Assembly: GCA_964513235.1 (NCBI GenBank)
Contig: CAZEMI010000017.1
Coordinates: 13,835 to 77,834, forward strand
Source: an uncultured Acidobacterium sp.
GTDB taxonomy: Bacteria > Acidobacteriota > Vicinamibacteria > Vicinamibacterales > UBA2999
DNA: 64,000 nt
Reading direction: 5' to 3'
Positions 60,349-64,000 of this stretch are shown piece by piece. The position numbers and the translations under genes were made by a program. The notes under the pieces are model-generated. The model made no database searches. It was not told the origin of the DNA and saw only the letters and a list, made by a program, of their open reading frames with translations. Within the stretch, counting starts at the first letter, position 1. The number at the start of each line of letters is the position of its first letter.

Positions 60349-62888
60349 TGTCGGCGCCGCTCACCGTGTCGATTCCCGCCACGCCGAATCGCGGCGTGCT
60401 ATGTGAGCCGCTGACCTTCGGGATGCCCTTCCCTGCGGGGCTGGTCCGCGACGAGAGCGATATTCATCTTCACGACGACGCCAGCCGCGTCACCGCGCTC
60501 CAGGCTCGCGCGACCGAGCGATGGCCTGACGGCAGCATCCGCTGGGCGTTGCTCGATTTCCTGCTCACGGGTGCGCCGGCGCCGGAGCGGCAGTTCTCGG
60601 TTCGTCTCGGCGCCGCCGGCCCGCAGCCGGCCGCGCCTCCGCTCACCATCGACGCCGCGGCGCGCAAGATCACAATTGATACCGGGGTCGCATCGTTTGT
60701 CGTCAAGACGGGACCTGCATTCCCATTCGCCTCCGTGCACGTGCTGGGGGTGCCCGCACTCGGCGCGGCGGGGTGCGCATTCGTGACGACCACGCCGGAC
60801 GGGCGGACGCTCGAGACGCGGGTCACCGACGTGGCCGTCGAAGAGCGGGGCGCATTGCGAGCGACCGTGCGGATCCACGCCAGCGTGGGCCCGCCCCGGC
60901 ATCCATCCTTGCTGCTGACTGCCCGCGTGCAGTTCATTGCCGGGTCGGCGGCGGTGCGCCTGGCGGTCACGCTGCGCAACGTCAAGCGCGCGCAGCATCC
61001 GGGAGGCATCTGGGAGTTGGGCGACCGCGGATCCGTCTACCTGCGCGACGTCTCGCTGCGGCTTGGTCTTCCCGGCGCCATCACGCAGACCGAGTGCGCT
61101 CCCGAGATCGGCACGCCCGCTGAATCCTGCCCGGCGCCGGTGGAGCTGTACCAGGATTCGAGCGGCGGCGCCAACTGGCACCACACCGCCCACGTCGATC
61201 GGCACGGCGAGATTCCGTGCACATTTTGCGGCTACCGGTTGCACGGCGACGGCCGCCGCGCCGACGGGCGGCGCGCGACGCCGCTGATGATCGCGCGGCA
61301 CGCCACCGGCATGGCCGGCATCGCGGTCGAGCACTTCTGGCAGAACTGGCCGCAGGCGATCGCGATTGAACCCGACGCCGTCGTCTGGCGGATGCTCCCC
61401 GGACACACGGCCAACGAACACGAGTTGCAAGGCGGCGAACAGAAGACCCATCGCTGCACGCTGATTTTCGGCGACGATCCCTGCGCGCGCGACGCGGGTA
61501 TTTGGGGTCGGATACCGGCGTTTGCGCGGCTCACGCCGGCATGGTATTGCGCCAGCCAGGCCGCCGGCGTGCTGACGCGCGCCGGATCCGATCCATATCA
61601 GCAGCTCGTCGACGCCGCCATCGAGGGTCCCGGTTCATTGCTGCAGAAGCGCGAGGACGCCGACGAGTACGGCTGGCGGCACTTCGGCGACATCTACGCC
61701 GATCACGAGAATGCGTTCAGCGGACTCGATGTGCCGGTGGTCTCGCACTACAACAACCAATACGACGCCATCGCCGGGTTCGCGCTGCAGTTCATGCGCT
61801 CGGGCGACCCGCGCTGGCACACGATGATGAACGAGCTGGCGTGGCACGTCGCCGACATCGACATCTACCATACGGATCGCGACAAGAGCGCGTACAACCA
61901 CGGCTTGTTCTGGCACACGGCGCATTACGTGACCGCCGGGCGCTCGTCGCATCGATCCTTCCCGAAGGACCCGCGCGTCAAAGGTGGCGGCCCGGCCAAC
62001 GAGCACAACTACACCGCCGGACTGCGCCTGCACTGGCTGCTCACCGGCGACTCGCCATCGCGCGAGGCGGCGATCGAGCTGGCCACGTGGGTGATCCAAA
62101 TGGACGACGGGCGCCGTACCTTCCTGCGCTGGTTGAGCACCAGCAACACGGGACTTGCGAGCCAGACCTACTCGCCGTCATTCCACGGACCCGGCCGCGG
62201 CGCCGGCCATTCGATTCTCGCGCTACTCGACGGGCATCGCCTGACGCACGACGACCTGTACCTGGCGAAGGCCGAACAGTTGGTGCGCCGCTGCATTCAT
62301 CCGGCCGACGACATCGAACGGCTGGACCTGCTCGATGCCGAGCGGCGCTGGTCGTACACCGTGTTCCTGCAGGTCCTGGGGCGGTATCTGGATTATCGCG
62401 TCGAACTCGGGCTGGTCGATGAGCACTACACCTACGCCCGCGCCGCGCTCGTGCACTACGCGCGCTGGATGATCGCCAACGAGTATCCGTATCTCGACAA
62501 GCCCAGGATGCTCGAATATCCCACCGAGACGTGGGCGGCGCAGGACATGCGCAAGTGCGACGTGCTCCTCGTCGCCGCGGGTCACGTCTCCGGCGACGAG
62601 CGTCGCATGTTCCTGTCGACCGCGGCACGGTTCTTCGAGTACTCAGTCACCACGCTGCTGTCGATGCCGGCGCGAACCCTCGCGCGTCCCCTCGTGCTGA
62701 TGCTGACCAACGGCTACCAGTACTTGTCGCCTGATGCTTCCGCGCCGCGGCCCGAGGGGCCGCTCGTCGCCGACTTCGGCGCGCCGGCGATATTCGTGCC
62801 ACAGAAAGCGCTGGTCAAGCGGCGGATTGCGATGACCGCCGGCGCGGTGGTCTTCGTGATCACTGCCACGGTCCTCGCACTGATCTGA
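60345..62888 (+). CDS. PcRGLX/YetA-like putative glycan lyase/hydrolase with C-terminal TM anchor (paralog of the giant protein N-region)
   Basis: 847 aa with N-terminus LTFGMPFPAGLVRDESDIHLHDD...ERWPDGSIRWALLDF, a helical region NEHNYTAGLRLHWLLTGDSPSREAAIELATW and a C-terminal TM helix IAMTAGAVVFVITATVLALI. The ATGA overlaps the upstream gene. Confidence 0.6.
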   Translation: MMSAPLTVSIPATPNRGVLCEPLTFGMPFPAGLVRDESDIHLHDDASRVTALQARATERWPDGSIRWALLDFLLTGAPAPERQFSVRLGAAGPQPAAPPLTIDAAARKITIDTGVASFVVKTGPAFPFASVHVLGVPALGAAGCAFVTTTPDGRTLETRVTDVAVEERGALRATVRIHASVGPPRHPSLLLTARVQFIAGSAAVRLAVTLRNVKRAQHPGGIWELGDRGSVYLRDVSLRLGLPGAITQTECAPEIGTPAESCPAPVELYQDSSGGANWHHTAHVDRHGEIPCTFCGYRLHGDGRRADGRRATPLMIARHATGMAGIAVEHFWQNWPQAIAIEPDAVVWRMLPGHTANEHELQGGEQKTHRCTLIFGDDPCARDAGIWGRIPAFARLTPAWYCASQAAGVLTRAGSDPYQQLVDAAIEGPGSLLQKREDADEYGWRHFGDIYADHENAFSGLDVPVVSHYNNQYDAIAGFALQFMRSGDPRWHTMMNELAWHVADIDIYHTDRDKSAYNHGLFWHTAHYVTAGRSSHRSFPKDPRVKGGGPANEHNYTAGLRLHWLLTGDSPSREAAIELATWVIQMDDGRRTFLRWLSTSNTGLASQTYSPSFHGPGRGAGHSILALLDGHRLTHDDLYLAKAEQLVRRCIHPADDIERLDLLDAERRWSYTVFLQVLGRYLDYRVELGLVDEHYTYARAALVHYARWMIANEYPYLDKPRMLEYPTETWAAQDMRKCDVLLVAAGHVSGDERRMFLSTAARFFEYSVTTLLSMPARTLARPLVLMLTNGYQYLSPDASAPRPEGPLVADFGAPAIFVPQKALVKRRIAMTAGAVVFVITATVLALI

Positions 62889-62904
62889 CCCGAGCGGTCA
62901 GATC
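62882..62904 (+). terminator. Hairpin at the end of the EPS operon
   Basis: GATCTGACC-CGAGC-GGTCAGATC, a perfect 9-bp stem whose left arm contains the TGA stop. No U-tract follows directly. Confidence 0.4.
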
Positions 62905-63004
62905 CGTCGTCGGTCCTGCGAAAGTGTCAGGATCAGACATTTTCGCCACATGAGCTTTGTCTGCTGATGGAAGACACGCGCCCTTAGAGTCATCACGAGT
63001 CTCA

Positions 63005-63020
63005 TGGCAAACCCTCGGCG
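63005..63020 (+). promoter_or_regulatory. Weak sigma-54 promoter candidate upstream of the G8 gene
   Basis: TGGCAAACCCTCGGCG has a good -24 element (TGGCA) and correct GG/GC spacing, but a poor -12 context (CGGCG instead of TTGCW). The -12 C lies 26 nt upstream of the ATG at 63045. Confidence 0.25.
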
Positions 63021-63044
63021 TAGCCTTTGCCCTCCCGCCGGGGC

Positions 63045-64000
63045 ATGGCAGTCCTGACTTTGCTCGATCCTGGCATCACCCGAACTCCGCACCCATTTTC
63101 GCAGCATCTCCGGCGCGCGCACGCCGGAGTCCGACGGTTGCGCCACCTCCTGCTGATCGCGGCTGCACTGGTGCTGATCGTCCCCGCCGCCTCGGCGCAG
63201 ACGCTGCCGCACAACATTCCGGATTTCTCGCAAGACCCGACCCGGCCGACGGTCCGCAGTGTCGGCACCGGCCGCTGGGCGAACGCCGGCACGTGGCAGG
63301 GCGGCCAGGTACCGACCGCCAACCACGTTGTCCATGTCGATCCCGACCATGTCGTCACGATCGATACCGTGACCGCGACCGCTTACACGCTGGCGGTGCA
63401 CGGCACGCTGCGGTTCGACCCTGCCGCCGACGGCCGGCTGACGGTCACCAACGTGATGATCATGGGCGATCACGGCATGCCCGAAATGACCACGGTTGGT
63501 CATCTTGAAGTGGGCACGGCCGCCAGCCCGATCGCCGTGGGCCGCACCGCCGAAATCGTCCTCGCCGACACGCCGCTCGGCGCGGGTGTATCGGATCCGG
63601 AGCAATTCGGGAACGGCATCATCAACTTCGGCAGGTTCACCGTTCACGGCGCACCGGTCACACCGACCTTTACCCGGGTGGCCACCGAACCGCGGGCCGG
63701 GCATACGTCGCTGACACTGTCTGAACCGGTCAGCGGGTGGAGTGCCGGCGACCGGCTGGTGCTGCCGGATACGCGTCACATCAAGGAGTCCGAAACGACT
63801 GGCGGAGGTTGGATCAACGCGCAAAACCAGTGGGAGGAGCGGACGGTACAGTCGATCTCAGCCGACGGCCGTGTCATCACGCTCACCCAGTCGCTGCAAT
63901 TCGATCATCTCGGCGCGCGCGATCAGAATGGCACGCTCGACTTCCTGCCGCACGTCGGCAACTTGACGCGTAACGTCGTCATCCGTTCCGAGAACGCCAC
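63045..64000 (+). CDS. G8-domain / beta-helix-type secreted protein, N-terminal part (runs off the window end)
   Basis: This ORF is not in the supplied track because it has no stop in the window, so I translated it by hand. An in-frame TAG lies at 63021 and the first ATG at 63045. The product begins ...GVRRLRHLLLIAAALVLIVPAASAQ (signal, possibly Tat-like RR). It continues with RWANAGTWQGGQVPTANHVVHVDPDHVVTIDTVTATAYTLAVHGTLRFDP, which is the G8 signature W..G..P....V.I.....V..D......L.V.G.L.F. Confidence 0.7.
   Translation, partial: MAVLTLLDPGITRTPHPFSQHLRRAHAGVRRLRHLLLIAAALVLIVPAASAQTLPHNIPDFSQDPTRPTVRSVGTGRWANAGTWQGGQVPTANHVVHVDPDHVVTIDTVTATAYTLAVHGTLRFDPAADGRLTVTNVMIMGDHGMPEMTTVGHLEVGTAASPIAVGRTAEIVLADTPLGAGVSDPEQFGNGIINFGRFTVHGAPVTPTFTRVATEPRAGHTSLTLSEPVSGWSAGDRLVLPDTRHIKESETTGGGWINAQNQWEERTVQSISADGRVITLTQSLQFDHLGARDQNGTLDFLPHVGNLTRNVVIRSENA

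Noticed and set aside
62898-63824. 308-aa minus-strand ORF and 183-aa plus-strand ORF (62957-63508) at the window end
   Set aside because: A third frame, absent from the track because it has no stop in the window, encodes a signal peptide plus a clear G8-domain signature. The two listed ORFs overlap it and have artefact-like composition.

Overview
This is a high-GC bacterial chromosomal window. The gene content, REP-like elements and PEP-CTERM-type EPS genes suggest a soil Acidobacteriota-like organism, but I cannot verify taxonomy from here.

Positions 1 to about 43.8 kb hold tightly packed core operons:
- tsf-pyrH-frr, a thrC-like gene, pfkA and tRNA-Ala(CGC).
- lolA, overlapping a TPR-lipoprotein secretin.
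- A seven-gene, mostly translationally coupled cell-wall operon: nagZ-ldcA-mpl-pxpB-pxpC-murB-murA.
- A GHMP kinase coupled to polX.
- A long minus-strand block: HEAT-like gene, rodZ, thiE, a TPR protein, rnhB, rplS-trmD-rimM-KH-rpsP-ffh, ribBA-ribE-ribD-ftsY, gpsA-plsY-thpR-cinA-pgpA, and RDD and TPR membrane proteins.
- A formimidoyltransferase, nrdR with an ntrY/ntrX-like pair, and purC.

Positions 43.8 to 64 kb look accessory:
- A Fis-type HTH protein and a pseudo-receiver-PilZ protein behind a sigma-54-type promoter.
- A roughly 1281-aa secreted protein with a PcRGLX-like N-terminus, TSP3 repeats and Ig-like domains.
- A 382-bp divergent control region with sigma-54 promoter candidates and GCAGAC palindromes.
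- A 13.7-kb, 12-gene EPS operon headed by a sensor-less sigma-54 activator. It carries the PEP-CTERM-type accessory gene set, but a triple VanZ-like membrane protein sits where I would expect an exosortase.
- The operon ends with a membrane-anchored paralog of the giant protein and is followed by a G8-domain protein.

Almost every intergenic spacer carries its own short tandem repeat, mostly heptamers. A structured REP-like family with a conserved TCGACTSCGCTC loop occurs at least three times. I saw no rRNA, CRISPR array, transposase or integrase. Many long ORFs in the supplied track are antisense or alternate-frame artefacts of high GC.
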